From Mobula hypostoma (Eukaryota), in the NCBI RefSeq assembly GCF_963921235.1, contig NC_086118.1, positions 21,578,001 to 21,642,000 of the forward strand: a stretch of 64,000 bases of DNA. The letters are read 5' to 3'. Under the pieces are notes generated by a model, which saw only the letters and a program-made list of their open reading frames with translations, did no database searches and had not been told where the DNA came from. The translations under genes and the position numbers were made by a program. This document shows, one piece after another, positions 25,116 to 37,849 of this stretch (the stretch's first letter is position 1; the number at the start of each line of letters is the position of its first letter).

Positions 25116-26807
25116 AGGAAATGTATAATTAAATACAGACTACCTTTCCCAACTCATTTGTAGAAAAAAAAAGTTTTGATTTCTGTAAAGAATGATCATG
25201 AGATTATTCATTATTTTGAGATTGTGAGAGTGCCTTGGATATCACAACATTTCAGTGTATATGGGACAGAACTTGAGTTAATTGCATTGAAAACAAAGGA
25301 GGCCAATTTCTCCAAAATCTCAAGGACAACTGACTTCACATAGTTATTTGGACAAGATTGAGAGTTTCGCTATTAGAAGGCAGGTACATTAATGGTAGTG
25401 CTGGGGGAGGGATAATATTTTTTAAAAAAGCGTGAGGTACAAAGATACAAATTTCCATATGTAAAGAAAGTTAAACGCCTGTGCTGCCCCGTGGTAGATG
25501 AAGACACTGAAAGGAAAAACTGAGCATCTAATATTTTACCAAATTAGTTGCTGTCAAAGGGTAATGTAATGATTGACATACCTAGAAAAATGACTTCATA
25601 TGGGATTTTTAAAAAGTAGACCAACCTCTACCTCAAGGGTATTTAGGGATGGTTTTTAAATACTATTAAAGTGCAGTAATAGATATTGAGATTGTTTGTC
25701 AGAAAGTGAATGTAGATGTGAATGTGAAATAAGAGCCTTGAATGTCAGAAGACCTTTAATGAACTTGCCAGGGCAGCAAAGGAAAGAAAAGATTCTCAGG
25801 TGAATAATGGCACTTAAACTTGAAGCAAATGAGCATTCTTTAACAAAACAGTTAAATATTACTTTTTTAAAGTAACACTTACCAATATTCTCCCTTTGAA
25901 CAACAAATGGCTGCCTCCTACATTAAAATCGAAGACAGAGGAATTTCATACAAAGAGAACTGACACTCTGTTATTAAAGTTACCAACAATAATTACCATG
26001 ATCTTCATTTATGAAACTGATGTGGCTTTGATTGCAATGGAGACGAGCTACTCTTGATAAATCAATGTTTACTGTGGACCAGGGAAACTGAACTGAAGGT
26101 GACCTGAATTGAAGAACATTAGTAGCTCCAATTCTAAAAGTGTACAGATACCATAACCTTTTGAAACACGATATTAATTCCAAATCACTCCTTGCTAAAA
26201 GGGAACATTTTAATTATTATCAATATTTGCTTGACTGGAAACTCAGAAATAGTGTCAGCTGGTGAATGTTTACATTGCTCATTGCTGATTTGCCTATCAC
26301 GCCTGTTGACTTGCGCAAATATTTTCTTTTCCAAGTCGCCCATATTATTGATTGTGTTCCTGTGAGCTTTTCCCATGATAACTTGACCGGCACACAGGTC
26401 TTCCTCCCATGGCTAGGAACCTCAAAGTGATTTTTTTTTGACCCATCAGCATCTGTATAGTGTTAATTTGATCTTGATATTTACAAAGGGTCCTGGTTAA
26501 TACCTTTGTTATTTAGGATATTACAGGCCTTTGCTCCTGACATACCTCTGATTTGGCTGGCAATAAAGCTTTGCTGCCAGCAGATCACATTCTAGGTCCA
26601 TGTGTGCCTAGAAAGTAGATTGAAGCATTCTTTGTCAAATAAGATTCCTCTGTGCGTGTGTGCTGCTAAAATCAAATGGAACTACTAAACAATTTTGTTA
26701 AGAGTATAGAACATAGAACAGTACAGTACAGAAACAGGCCCTTTGGCTCACAAATGTAGTGCCGTACCAATTAATTAGTAACCAAATAGCCAACTAAACT
26801 AACCTCT

Positions 26808-27483
26808 TAGGAGGAGGAGAGTTGGCGGTGCGATGCAGCACGCGCAGCCTCTCCGGTGATGAATATCTGTTATCTGTCAAGTAGGATGCCGTGCATAATT
26901 CTGATTTGATGGAGGCAGATGTGAGAGCACGGAGGAACATCTGGTGAAACTTCTGAAATGCCTGTTTTGCTGCCGCTGCTACTGTGCGATCCGAAATCTC
27001 TGGAGGGGAAGGCCGCGAATCCTCGGCTTTGCTTGTTGCTTGGAGGTCGGGGCTGGGATCGAAGCGCTTGGCAGAGATGGTGCTCGGTGCTTGGTTTCGG
27101 AGGGCTGGTTGGAGGCTCAAAGTTTTCGGACAGACTCAGAGTCAGACTGTGGTCGGGTGCTTCCAGGATGCTGCATCGGCAAGTTTGCAGCACTGGAAGC
27201 TCATGGCAGGGAGAGTTTTCTCCCTTCTACCGTCTACATGAGATGATGGGGCTATTGGGACTTTGAAGCTTTTTTTTACCGTGCCCATGGTCTGCTCTTA
27301 TCAAATTACGGTATTGCTTTGCACTGTTGCTATAATTATGTTATAATTATGTGGTTTTTGTCAGTTTTAGTCTTCGTCTATCTTGTGTTTCTGTAATATC
27401 ATACTGGAGGAACATTGTATCAATTTTAATGCATGCATTTCTAAATGACAATAAACGAGGACTGAGTGTCCCCATACTCTAAT
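26808..27483 (+). mobile_element. Non-autonomous non-LTR retroposon (no ORF, no clear Pol III head)
   Basis: Second copy at 45357-45965 (minus); GC-rich 5' part; 3' end aaatgacaataaa...ggactg...ctaat. Confidence 0.7.
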
Positions 27484-27914
27484 GTTCTGCATACGCAATA
27501 TCCATATCCTTCCATATTCCTCACATTTATGTGTCTATCTAAAAAAGCTCTTAAAAGTCTCTATCAAGTTTCTGCCTCTAGCAGCACTCCAGGCAGTGCA
27601 TTCCAGGCACCCTCTTGCTCCTCACATCTTGTTTGAAATTGCTTCCCCTCACCTTAAGAACATGCTCTCAGGTATTAGACATTTCAACCCTTGGAAAGAG
27701 ATACTTTCTGTCTACTTTGTCTATGCCTCTCATAATCTTATAAACCTTTATCAGGTCTCCCCTCAGCCTCGCCACTCCAGAGAAATCATCCCAAGTTTGT
27801 CCAACCTCTTGTTGTCACACATGCCCTCTAATCCATGCAACATCATGGTAATCCTCTTCTCCACCTTCTCTAAAGCCTTGACATCCTTCCGCTTATGGGG
27901 TGACTGGAACTGTA

Positions 27915-28511
27915 TGTAGCGCCTTTGCCCAATTTGCTCCCGTTCGTCTAGGGTAAACTGGCGTTGACCCCGCCAACACTGTAATCGCACTGGTGTGGAT
28001 ACGTGTGATACACCCTGGTACAAGCCCACAACATAAAATATCAGACAGTAGACAATATACAATTTAAATGATTACACTTTATAATTATTTCTTGGTGATG
28101 GGTTAGTAGAAACAATAAAGGCGCCAAGTCTGTAAATTTATCAATTCTGTGCACTAATAATTCGTTGGAGCTCACGAAATTCAGTATCCTTTCCTCCCAT
28201 CGATCTCCTCTGAACTCCATCGACCCTCAGCTGGGACCACTCCTAGTGATCTACCAGAGCGCTTGACTCACATCCGACCTCTTCGCTTCTCCTCAACGAA
28301 AAGCCCGCGCATTCCCTCCGGTTCCCACACATACAGATAGAATAACATGACTTCCATTGGCTGGCAAATGAATACAAGTCCCGTTATCACTAATTATAAC
28401 CCAAACATGCTGCGACAGAGAACCCCTTACCTCAGCAGTTAACATTGCAGAGAAGCCATTTTGTCAGCCTTTACAATTAACATTTCAATTAATATTACTG
28501 AGAACCCTACA
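27915..28511. mobile_element. Solo LTR (about 600 bp)
   Basis: TGTAG...CTACA termini; 4-bp TSD TGTA/TGTC; splits a contiguous CR1 sequence. Confidence 0.7.
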
Positions 28512-29299
28512 TGTCTGCAGTACTCCAGATGCTGCCTAACTGGAGTTTTATAAAGCTGCAACATAATTTTCTGACGTTTGAACTCTATGCCTCGACTAAC
28601 AAAGGCAAGCATGCCATATACCACCCTATTTACCTGTGCAGCCACTTTCTGGAGTTCTGAAATTAGTTCACAAGATCCCTCTTCTCATCAGCACTGTTAG
28701 AGGTCTTGCTTATAACAGTATACTGTTTCTTCACATTTGACCTACCAAGTTGCAACACTTCACATTTGGCCAGGTTAAACTCCATCTGCCATTTCTCCGC
28801 CCAGACCTGCATCTGATCTATATCCCTTTATATTCTTTGTCAGACATTCTCAGCCTTTTTCTGTTCATGGCCCATTGTGACTTTCATTTACTTCTGTAGC
28901 TCCCACCCTCTATAGTCTCTGTTAGCTGCTAAGGCTTTTTTTTGATCCACTGTACTAATTATTCTAATATACGCTTTGCAGACATCCACGAAACAGGGAG
29001 AGAGAGAGAAAAAACCCAAGTCCCCCTCCCATACACAAGCAGCGACCACTTGAGTGCAGAGGCATCTGAAAGCCATGCCTACTGTCTCGATGTACCGTTC
29101 TTCCGTGACACCTCAGTCGGTGACATCAGCGAGGGAGGGCATTGTCCACGGGGCTGCACCCCAAAGGTGCTCATCTTCCAAGCCACTCCTGGAGATCCTG
29201 AAATTCAGGCTGATTGGCGAGTTCCAAAGAGTGAGAACCCCACCCACCCCCATCCATGAAGAACACAATTTGATCACAATAATGTTACAATCAGATATA

Positions 29300-30290
29300 G
29301 CTGTGCAAGATCCTCGTTGTTTTCCTCACATAGTGGTCGAAAAAGACAATCTTGAAGTGGATTTGATTTGATCGTTGACAGCCATTAATACAGTAGCAAG
29401 GGTGTCATGTAAATTTTCTCCCAATTTTTTTGCAACCAATTGCTGACAGTGGATCACACAGAGTAGGCAAAAAAATGTCAGGTCAGCATTTTTTAAATGA
29501 AACATAGAAAATAGGTGCAGGAGTAGGCCATTCGGCCCTTTGAGCCTGCATACAATGAGCAATGTATCCTCTGTATTCTCCTACTAGTGAAACAACACCA
29601 TCAGTTGCACAAGCCATTATATTTTCCAGCGGAATATTGTTTTACAAGAAATAGCTCTTGACTTCTTCAAAGAAAGTTTCACTTTAGGTATCTGTCTTAA
29701 GTTTTTGTGCAAAAAGCATTTCCTTGCTGGCCTGATCAGCATTCAGAAGCCTAACATATGTCATCAGACAGGCTTCAGTATCATGTAATGTGATTTTGTC
29801 AATTTGCAAGGCAAACTTCTTACCGTTGTGCAACCAGTAGTTTCTCCACATCATCTGACATTTCATCAATACTCCTCGATACTGATGAGTCGCTCAAAGG
29901 GATGGCTTAAATAGTTTCATTTACACCCTGATTCATAACAGTAGAAATTACGACAGAGGCTGCAGGCAGAATCACTTGTATCATGTGGATTGCCAGCTTT
30001 TGCAATTCAGTTTGAAATCTCATCGGATGCAAGTAAACCTTTGTCTATCTTGGCTGCTTTTTCACCGTACTTTGCTTTAGTTTCAGCATTGAATGAAAAT
30101 TATCAGGTAGTTTTTTGAAGTTGTCTTTCTTGACATGTGCTTCCTCAGCTTACATGGCCACATGCTTTCATTTGAAAGTGCACTCATACAAATCAGACAC
30201 AGTGACATCCTTTTGTCCAATGAGGATGAAATAAAACCACGGACAAGGTACTCAATGGAATTTAGGGTGACGGTGAATATTGGTAGCTTG
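29300..30290 (-). pseudogene. hAT (Charlie/SCAND3-like) transposase remnant
   Basis: KFALQIDKIT...ACLMTYVR and CVIHCQQLVAKKL...LHDTL match hAT FALQLDE and HCxxH motifs; frameshifted. Confidence 0.8.
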
Positions 30291-30338
30291 AGTTGAAGTA
30301 TTTGATGTTGTGGTGTTCACTGAGCTTGGAAAGTAGCT

Positions 30339-30382
30339 TGCAGACGTTTCGTCACCAATCAAGGTGACAACCTCAGTGTGCA
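30339..30382 (-). ncRNA. Minimal type I hammerhead ribozyme-like motif (second PLE family)
   Basis: Minus strand TGCA-CA-CTGAGGT-T-GTCACC-ttgatt-GGTGAC-GAAAC-GTC-TGCA; perfect 6-bp stem II; one core deviation. Confidence 0.65.
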
Positions 30383-31089
30383 GTTGTTGGTATTTCTGTC
30401 TGGGAGTGCTTGTGTTTATATAGGCCCCCATTCACTTGCCTCGATCCTGATTGGCTACTGCTTCAGTTGACCTTTGAATTCTATTGGCTTGCATTTCTTT
30501 GGCTCTTAGATGGTGTCTATTTTGATATGATAATGAATGACGTGCTGCAAACCCCCCCCAGCCACACAGGCTAAGCTGTTCTGCTGCCACATTTGCATAA
30601 TCTAGCATATTTTTCCATTCATTTCATTCAGGGTTGTAATTAAATTACATATATTCATTTATTTTTTATTTACAGTATATATTTTAGTAATATATCATTA
30701 AATCAGTAAACTTATCATGGCTCATTCAGAAACCCCAATTTCTTGGTTTTTACTTGTGGCCCCCACGAGAGAGCAGGGCGGAGAGAGATTTGTTATGGAC
30801 TGCGTGCTTCACGGTCTTTTTTTGCCTGGAGCCGCAGCGAGGACAGGAGAGAAGATCGCTGAGGATGCCGTTGGAAGGAGCATCCCTGTTGCAGAAGGTA
30901 ATTTGTGAAGATGAATGGCTCCAAGGAAGAAGGGTCAATACTTCCAAGGAAAAGTTAGTGTGTTCAAGATGTGTTTCAAGCAGTGGTTGGAATGTGGTAT
31001 GTACTTCCACGCAGAGCATTGGTCCAGCACGTGAGGAAAAGAAGACTTCAGTATGAGTTTTATAATTTTTTGTGGTATATGATTTGTTA

Positions 31090-32715
31090 TTTCCTGCTGA
31101 CCGACAATCATTTATGGGCGGTATTTACTTAGCATTCACTCAAATCGAGATTTCTTAAATTAGAACATCACAATGTTCCTGTTTGGTTGATGCCCAGATG
31201 ATACCGATCCTGGACACCTATTGTTTATGAAGTGTGGCCTGCTCACCGCGGAGTCCCATGGCTGTCGATGGGGCTGGCAACGAGCCAAGTTTCCATACCA
31301 GCCTGGTGAAGGGTCTGCGTATACTATCCACAACACCACCAATGTTTGTAACATCTACATTCATACTAACCCACATTCTTTATTTTCATTCAGGTCATTT
31401 ATATACATCACAAACAGCAGAGATCCCAAGAAAAGTTCCTGTGGAACATCACTAATCATTGACCTCCAGCTAGAGTAAGTGCCGTCAACCATTAGCCTCG
31501 GATGTGGATTTGCCCAAAAGCAGCTGTTCCCAATCAACTCTAGTTCCTGCCTAATGCTCTCATAATTTGCTCTGCTCCAATTTAATACTCTCCTGCAAAG
31601 CCCATATTTATCCTTATCTATAGCTATCTTAAACCTTAATGTATTGTAGTCACTGTTCTCCATCTGTTCACCACTGAAAGGTCAGTCGCCTGGCCAGGCT
31701 CATTCCTCAACACCGGGTCCAGTACAGCCCATCTTCTTGATGGACTATCTACATATTGATTAAAATAACCCAAATGTATGCACCTAACAAATTCTGCCCC
31801 ATCTAAACTCTTGAACTCAGAAGGTCCCAGTGTATAATAGGGAAGTTGAAGTCTCCAGACCATAAGACCATAAGATATTGGAGTAGAATTAGGCTATTTT
31901 GCCCATTGAGTCTTCTCTGCCATTTTGTCATAGCTGATCCAATTTTCCTCTCCGCCCCAAGCTCCTGCCTTCTCCCCATATCCCTTCATGCCCTGACCAA
32001 TCAAGAGTCTATCAACCTCTGCCTTAAAGATACATAGAGAATTGGTCTCCACAGCTGCTTGTGGCAAAGAATTCCACAGATTCACCACTCTCTAGCTGAA
32101 GAAATTCCTCCTCATCTCCATTCTAAAAGGATGCCCCTCTATTCTAAGGCTTTGTCCTCTGGTCATAGACTCTCCCACTATAGGAAACATCCTCACTCAC
32201 ACCCACTCTATGAAGACCTTCCATCATTCGATAGGTTTCAATGAGGTCACCTCTCATTCCTCTGAATTCTAGTGAATACAGGCCCAAGAGCCATCAGATG
32301 CTCTTCTTATGACAAGCCATTCAATCCTAGAATCATTTTCCTGAACCTCTTTCGAACCTTCTCTATTTTCAGCACATCCTTTTTAAGGTAAAGGGCCCAA
32401 AACTGCTCACAATACTCCAAGTGAGGCCTTACCAGTGCTTTATAAAGTCTTTACATTACAACCCTATTGTCTGTACATCTTTCCTTCATCTGCCTGTACA
32501 TCTGTTCCTCAATGTCTCAGTAGCTACTGGGGGAGCCTATAGTACAATCCCATCAGAGTGATTGCACCTTTCCTATTTCTGAGTTCTACCCATGCAGACT
32601 CAGTGGACGAGCCCTCCATGGAGTCCCCTCTGAGTGTAGCTGTGATATTGTCTCTGATTAGTAGTGCAATTCTCCCACCTCTTTTACCTCCCTCTCTATA
32701 TTTTCTAAAACATTG
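31090..32715 (-). mobile_element. Nested CR1 fragments (older CR1 with a younger CR1 3' piece at about 31857-32460)
   Basis: SDVPQELFLGSLLFVMYINDL (RT), LDPVLRNEPGQ (APE) and VNLWNSLPQAAVE with a (cataagac) tail. Confidence 0.8.
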
Positions 32716-32719
32716 AAAC

Positions 32720-33886
32720 TGTCATAAGGGTGGTGCTGGTGGCAGGCCCAAATGCAAGATACAGACACTGAAGTACTAGGAACAGGACTAGGTGTGTCAA
32801 GCAAGTAAGGGAAGTGGGGAAGAAATGACGCTGGACAAGACACAGGCCCTGGACGAGGCTAGGATATAGGGCCTGGGCTAGGACTAGACTAGGAAAGCGA
32901 GACCTGGACAAGGAACTAGGAACTTGGAACCAGGACAAGGACTCCGAACCAGAGACTGGACAGGGACCTGGAACCTGGGTCTTGACTTGGGCTCAGACCC
33001 TGGATCTAGGCGAGGACAGGACGAGGAGTGGCAACAGGACTGGACGTGAGACTCCTGGACAGGATGAGGGAACCCTAGCACCAGGCTGGGTGAGGCACCG
33101 GGACAGGACGAGAACAGGAGAACAGGAACGCAGAGACTTGGTTGAGGGAGAACAGGAACGCAGAGCCAGGACCCCTCCTTGGGAACAGGACTTGGGGCCG
33201 GGGCTCTACACAGAGTCAGGACCTCTCCTAGGGAGCAGGACGTAGGGCTGGGACTCATACACAGAACACTGAGAGACAGATCTCCACTCAAGGTAGCGGC
33301 AAACGGCCGGACCTACCCAGCGGAGGCGAGGGTACAAAAAGACAGTTCCCAACACAAGGTAGCGGCAAACAGCTAGACCTACCTAGCGAAGGCGTGGATA
33401 CAGAGACAGTTTCCAACTCAAGGTAGCGGCAAACGGCTGGACCTACCTAGCAAAGGCATGGACACACAGACAGTTCCCAACTCAAGGTAGCGGCAAATGA
33501 CCGGACCTACCTAGCGAAGACAGGGACACAAAGAGACAGTTCCAAACAATGAAAGACAGTTCCTTATCTAGACACAGCAAAGCCCCGATCTTACCCTGGC
33601 GTTTGAACCTGACGGCGTTACAGGCGAAGGTAGCAGGCGAGGCTTCAGAAGGAAGGGGAGGGGAAGGGGAGGGGAAGGGGAGGGGAAGGGGAGGGGAAGG
33701 GAAGGGAAGGGAACAGTCCAGCCACTGAAGCTGAACCCAGGAGCTGTTTATGTAGCCAGCCGAAAATGAGAAATCATGTGCCTCAATAAAGGCACCAACA
33801 GGACAAGGGAAAACTGGAAAACCTGGAATAAGGAACAATAGACCGGACTGTGAACCGGAATGCGGACTTAATAATGGACCATGACA
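32720..33886 (-). mobile_element. Long solo LTR (Gypsy-type) with internal tandem repeats
   Basis: TGTCAT...ATGACA termini; perfect 5-bp TSD GAAAC (32715-32719, 33887-33891); about 65-bp tandem units at 33285-33545; (GGA/GG)-rich tract at 33650-33712. Confidence 0.9.
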
Positions 33887-34442
33887 GAAACACTATGACA
33901 TTAAGCACCCATTCCAATCCCTCAACCAAGTCTTGTTCTTTAGTTTTTCACATCATTCTCTGTACACTTTAGAGACTGTCGTGGATGAAAATTTCAAGAG
34001 ATCAGTGGTTCTGAGATACTCAAATCACCCCATTGGCACCAACAAACATTCCATGGTCAAAGTCACTTTGATCACATTTCTTCCCCATTCTGAATTTGGT
34101 CTGAATGACAACTGAAACTCTTGACCATATCTGCATGCTTTTATGCATTGAACGGCTGCCTCATGATTGACAGATTGGATATTTGCATTGATGTGCAGAT
34201 GTTCATGTGTCCCTGATAAAGTGGCCACTGATTGTACTTTGCTCCTTGCTTTCTGTCATTCACTTTAGATGTAGTAGCTTTATTTTATTCTCACTAGTTA
34301 TATAATTAATGATAATACATAACTGGTTTTGAGGCTCAATATTTTCATCAGTATTCTTAAAGCAAAATTGTCAAATATTAGAAGTTACATACAGCCTTTG
34401 AAAACAGAAAATGGACTGCTTACATTATTTTTGACTTTAAAA

Positions 34443-35935
34443 TATAAGACCATAAGACAATAAGACAAAGGAGCAGGTAGGCCCATCGAGTCTGCTCCAC
34501 CATTTTATCATAAGCTGATCCATTCTCCCATTTAGTCCCACTCCCCCGCCTTCTCACCATAACCTTTGATGCCCTGGCTACTCAGATACCTATCAATCTC
34601 TGCCTTAAATACACCCAATGAATTGACCTCCACTGCTGCCCAGGGCAACAAATTCCACAGATTCACCACCCTCTGGCTGAAAAAATTTCTTTGCATCTCT
34701 GTTCTGAATGGGCGCCCTTCAATCCTCAAGTTATGCCCTCTCGTACTAGACTCCCTCATCATGGGAAACAATTTTCCCACATCCACTCTGTCCATGCCTT
34801 TCAACATTCAAAATGTTTCTATGAGGTCCACCCTCATTCTTCTAAACTCCAAGGAATACAGTCCAAGAGCAGAGAAGTGTTCCTCATATGTTAAACCTCT
34901 CATTCCTGGAATCATTCTAGTGAATCTTCTCTGAACCCTCTCCAACGTCAGCATATCCTTTCTTTAATGAGGAGCCCAAAACTGCCCACAGTACTCCAAG
35001 TGAGGACTTACCAGTGCCTTATAGAGCCTCAAGGTCACATCCCTGCTCCGATACTCCATTCCTCTAGAAATGAATGCCAACATTGCATTTGCCTTCTTCA
35101 CTACCAACTCAACCTGGAGGTTCACCTTAAGGGTATCCTGCACGAGGACTCCCAAGTCCCGTTGCTTCTCAGAACTTTGAATTCTCTCCCCATTTAAATA
35201 ATCTGCCCGTTTATTTCTTCTGCCAAAGTACATAACCATACACTTTCCAACATTGTAATTCATTTGCCACTTCTTTGCCCATTCTCCCAATCTATCCAAG
35301 TCTCTCTGCAGACTCTCCGTTTCCTCAGTACTACCGGCCCCTCCACCTATCTTTGTACCATCAGTAAACTGAGCCACAAAGCCATCTATTCTATAATCCA
35401 AATCATTGATGTACAACGTAAAAAGAAGCGGCCCCAACACGGACCCCTGTGGAACACCACTGGTTACTGGCAGCCAACCAGAATAGGATCCCTTTATTCC
35501 CACTCTCCGTTTCCTGCCAATCAGCCAACGCTCTATCCACACATGTAACTTTCCCGTAATTCCATGGGCTCTTATCTTGTTAAGCAGCCTCATATGTGGC
35601 ACCTTGTTAAAGGCCTTCTGTAAATCCAAATATACAACATTCACTGCATCTCCCTTGTCTAGCCTACTTGTAATTTCCTCAAAAAATTGCAGTAGGATTG
35701 TCAGGCAGGATTTTCCTTTAAGGAAACCATACTGACTTCTGTCTATCTTGTCATATGCCTCCAGGTACTCCGTAACCTCATCCTTGACAATCGACTCCAA
35801 CAACTTCCCAACCACCGATATCAAGCTAACTGGTCTATAATTTCCTTTTCACTTCCTTGCCCCCTTCTTAAATAGCGGAGTAACATTTGCAATCTTCCAG
35901 TCCTCTGGAATCATGCCAGAATCTATTGACTTTTG
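34443..35935 (-). mobile_element. CR1 LINE, 5'-truncated, with a near-intact RT segment
   Basis: ORF 34964-35824 (286 aa): YLDLQKAFNKVPH, GVPQGSVLGPLLFTLYINDL, QFTDGTK (degenerate FADD). Confidence 0.92.
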
Positions 35936-36829
35936 ATATAGTCAGCAGTCTTATGATTTTATTACTGATCAGCAGCTATTAAATGTGAGCCTTTTGTAAA
36001 TATTAAGATCAAATTGGCACTACACAGATGCTGATGACTTCAAGGATCCCAGCTTGTCACCTTGTCATGGGACTAGCTCAAACACCTTTGATGCTTCAGT
36101 GACCAGCTGTTTTTGGAGAGGGTCCACATCTGTTCAATATTCCTGATTGCTTTAGATGATAGGATCTCCTAAATGCTGAAACTGAGGTCCAACAACCTTA
36201 GTAAAAGATGCACATCAATTTTAGTTAGATTTCATTACGGTATATGCAGTATAGCCTCTGAGTGGTACCCATGGTGAAAAAGTAAAGTTGCCTCTTTCAA
36301 GTGACCCTTCAAATGTTTTGAAGAAGAGCAGGTCTTATAAAAATTATATGGTCACCAGCACCCTAAAATTATAATCTTTCAACCATTTTCAGCGTTCAAT
36401 CACTGAGCATCAATATAGCAACCAGTTATATAAATTATATGAGATGTTTGTTCATCTTAAAGACAGCTGGTGTGAAGTTCTAGCAGATATGCTCCAGATT
36501 TCCTATATGTTATCATGATGTAGCTCAATATTCTGGAAATACCTTTTCCAAGATGGCTGTTTCAGTGGAATCTTCATACTTGACTGACAACACCTCTGAG
36601 AAACCTCAAAAAAAAATTAGGCTGAGGAGGCTGCCACTGTAGTATCACAAGGTGATGTATTAAAATACTGATGGTGTATTTTGTGCATTGAGACTAGTCT
36701 GGTGGAATCTCTCAACACTCATTAATGAGGGTCTTGAGAAAAACAATGGTATGCTATAACTGTACAATATTACGACATAATTTGGAAGTGTGCATACTCC
36801 TTCTTTCAGATGGGAGAACTAAAATTCCT

Positions 36830-37330
36830 TTGTTAACAAAAATGGCAGAGGCTATACTGTACTTCCTGCAGGATTTGTTAAAATTCCATCTTTCCCAGCA
36901 CATACTAGTGCAATTCTACATTGCAGTCATAAACAGCATCCTTACATCAGCCACCAATATCTGGCTTGATGCAGCATCCTCTCACAATATACGAAAACTA
37001 CAGTGAGCTGTCAGGTCAGCTGAAAAGATCATTTTCTGCAGTTGACCATCACTGCAGGACTTGTATGTGTCTAGATCAAAGATGAGGGCAGGAAGAATCA
37101 TTGCAGACACTACCCACTTTCCTTTCCAAAAGCTCCCTTCTGGAAAGCACTACATAGCTATTAAAATGAAAACTTCATGCCATAATAAAAGTTTCTTCCA
37201 CCGGTAGTTAATCTGATCAACCATTCTAGTTAGCCATTCCCACCCTCTCTACCTTTTACCTCAGTCACTGCACTGTAAACAGTTTAAGCCACTTTTTATA
37301 GTGCTACTTACATTGTAAATGCATGATTTA
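36830..37330 (+). mobile_element. Rex1/Babar-like 3' fragment
   Basis: LYFLQDLLKFHLSQHILVQFYIAVINSILT...W. Confidence 0.7.
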
Positions 37331-37849
37331 TTTATGCATATTTTGTTCTACTTTATATGCACATTTTAATTCTATTACATGTAAATATATATGGTAGTTT
37401 AAAGTTGATCCTTGATCTTTGATACCCCATCTTGGTTTACAGCTTGGTTGACAATCCGGAAGACAAAATAAATAGGTTTAATATAACTATAATGACTGAT
37501 TTTGAAATGCCACAGTAATTAGTAGATTTCAGTCATACAATCTGAACCCAAGTATTTTGAAGTTGCCTTTGTTTGAAGTTATAATTTCTCATTTGAGGCT
37601 TTGATCATTTCTGCTCTAAATATCCACCTTACTGCCAGGCCTGTACTTACTGCAGCCAACCAATTAGTTTGTCTTGATTTTTTTCAAGACAAAAGAAAGA
37701 ATATGCATTTATATAATGGTCTTTATAACTGGATCTCTCAAAGGACTTGAGAACCAATAGCAGAGTGTTTGAAGTTTAGCCATTGTGTTTTATGGAAAAT
37801 AAGAAAAACAATAATCACCAGTTATGTATGTTACAATCTGTTATTACCT

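Larger units (their letters stand above)
26705..28845 (-). mobile_element. CR1 3' fragment hosting two nested insertions
   Basis: HKRKDVKALEKVEKRITMMLHGLEG and MLQLYKTPVRQHLEYC are separated by an LTR; CR1 tail near 26705. Confidence 0.85.

Noticed and set aside
34964..35824. Functional reverse transcriptase gene (286 aa)
   Set aside because: 5'-truncated CR1; catalytic FADD is altered to FTDG and the frame ends in a premature stop.
36160..37800. Ancient Deu-domain SINE remnants (about 36160-36335 and 37690-37800)
   Set aside because: Only short, highly degenerate resemblance; not supportable without a profile search.
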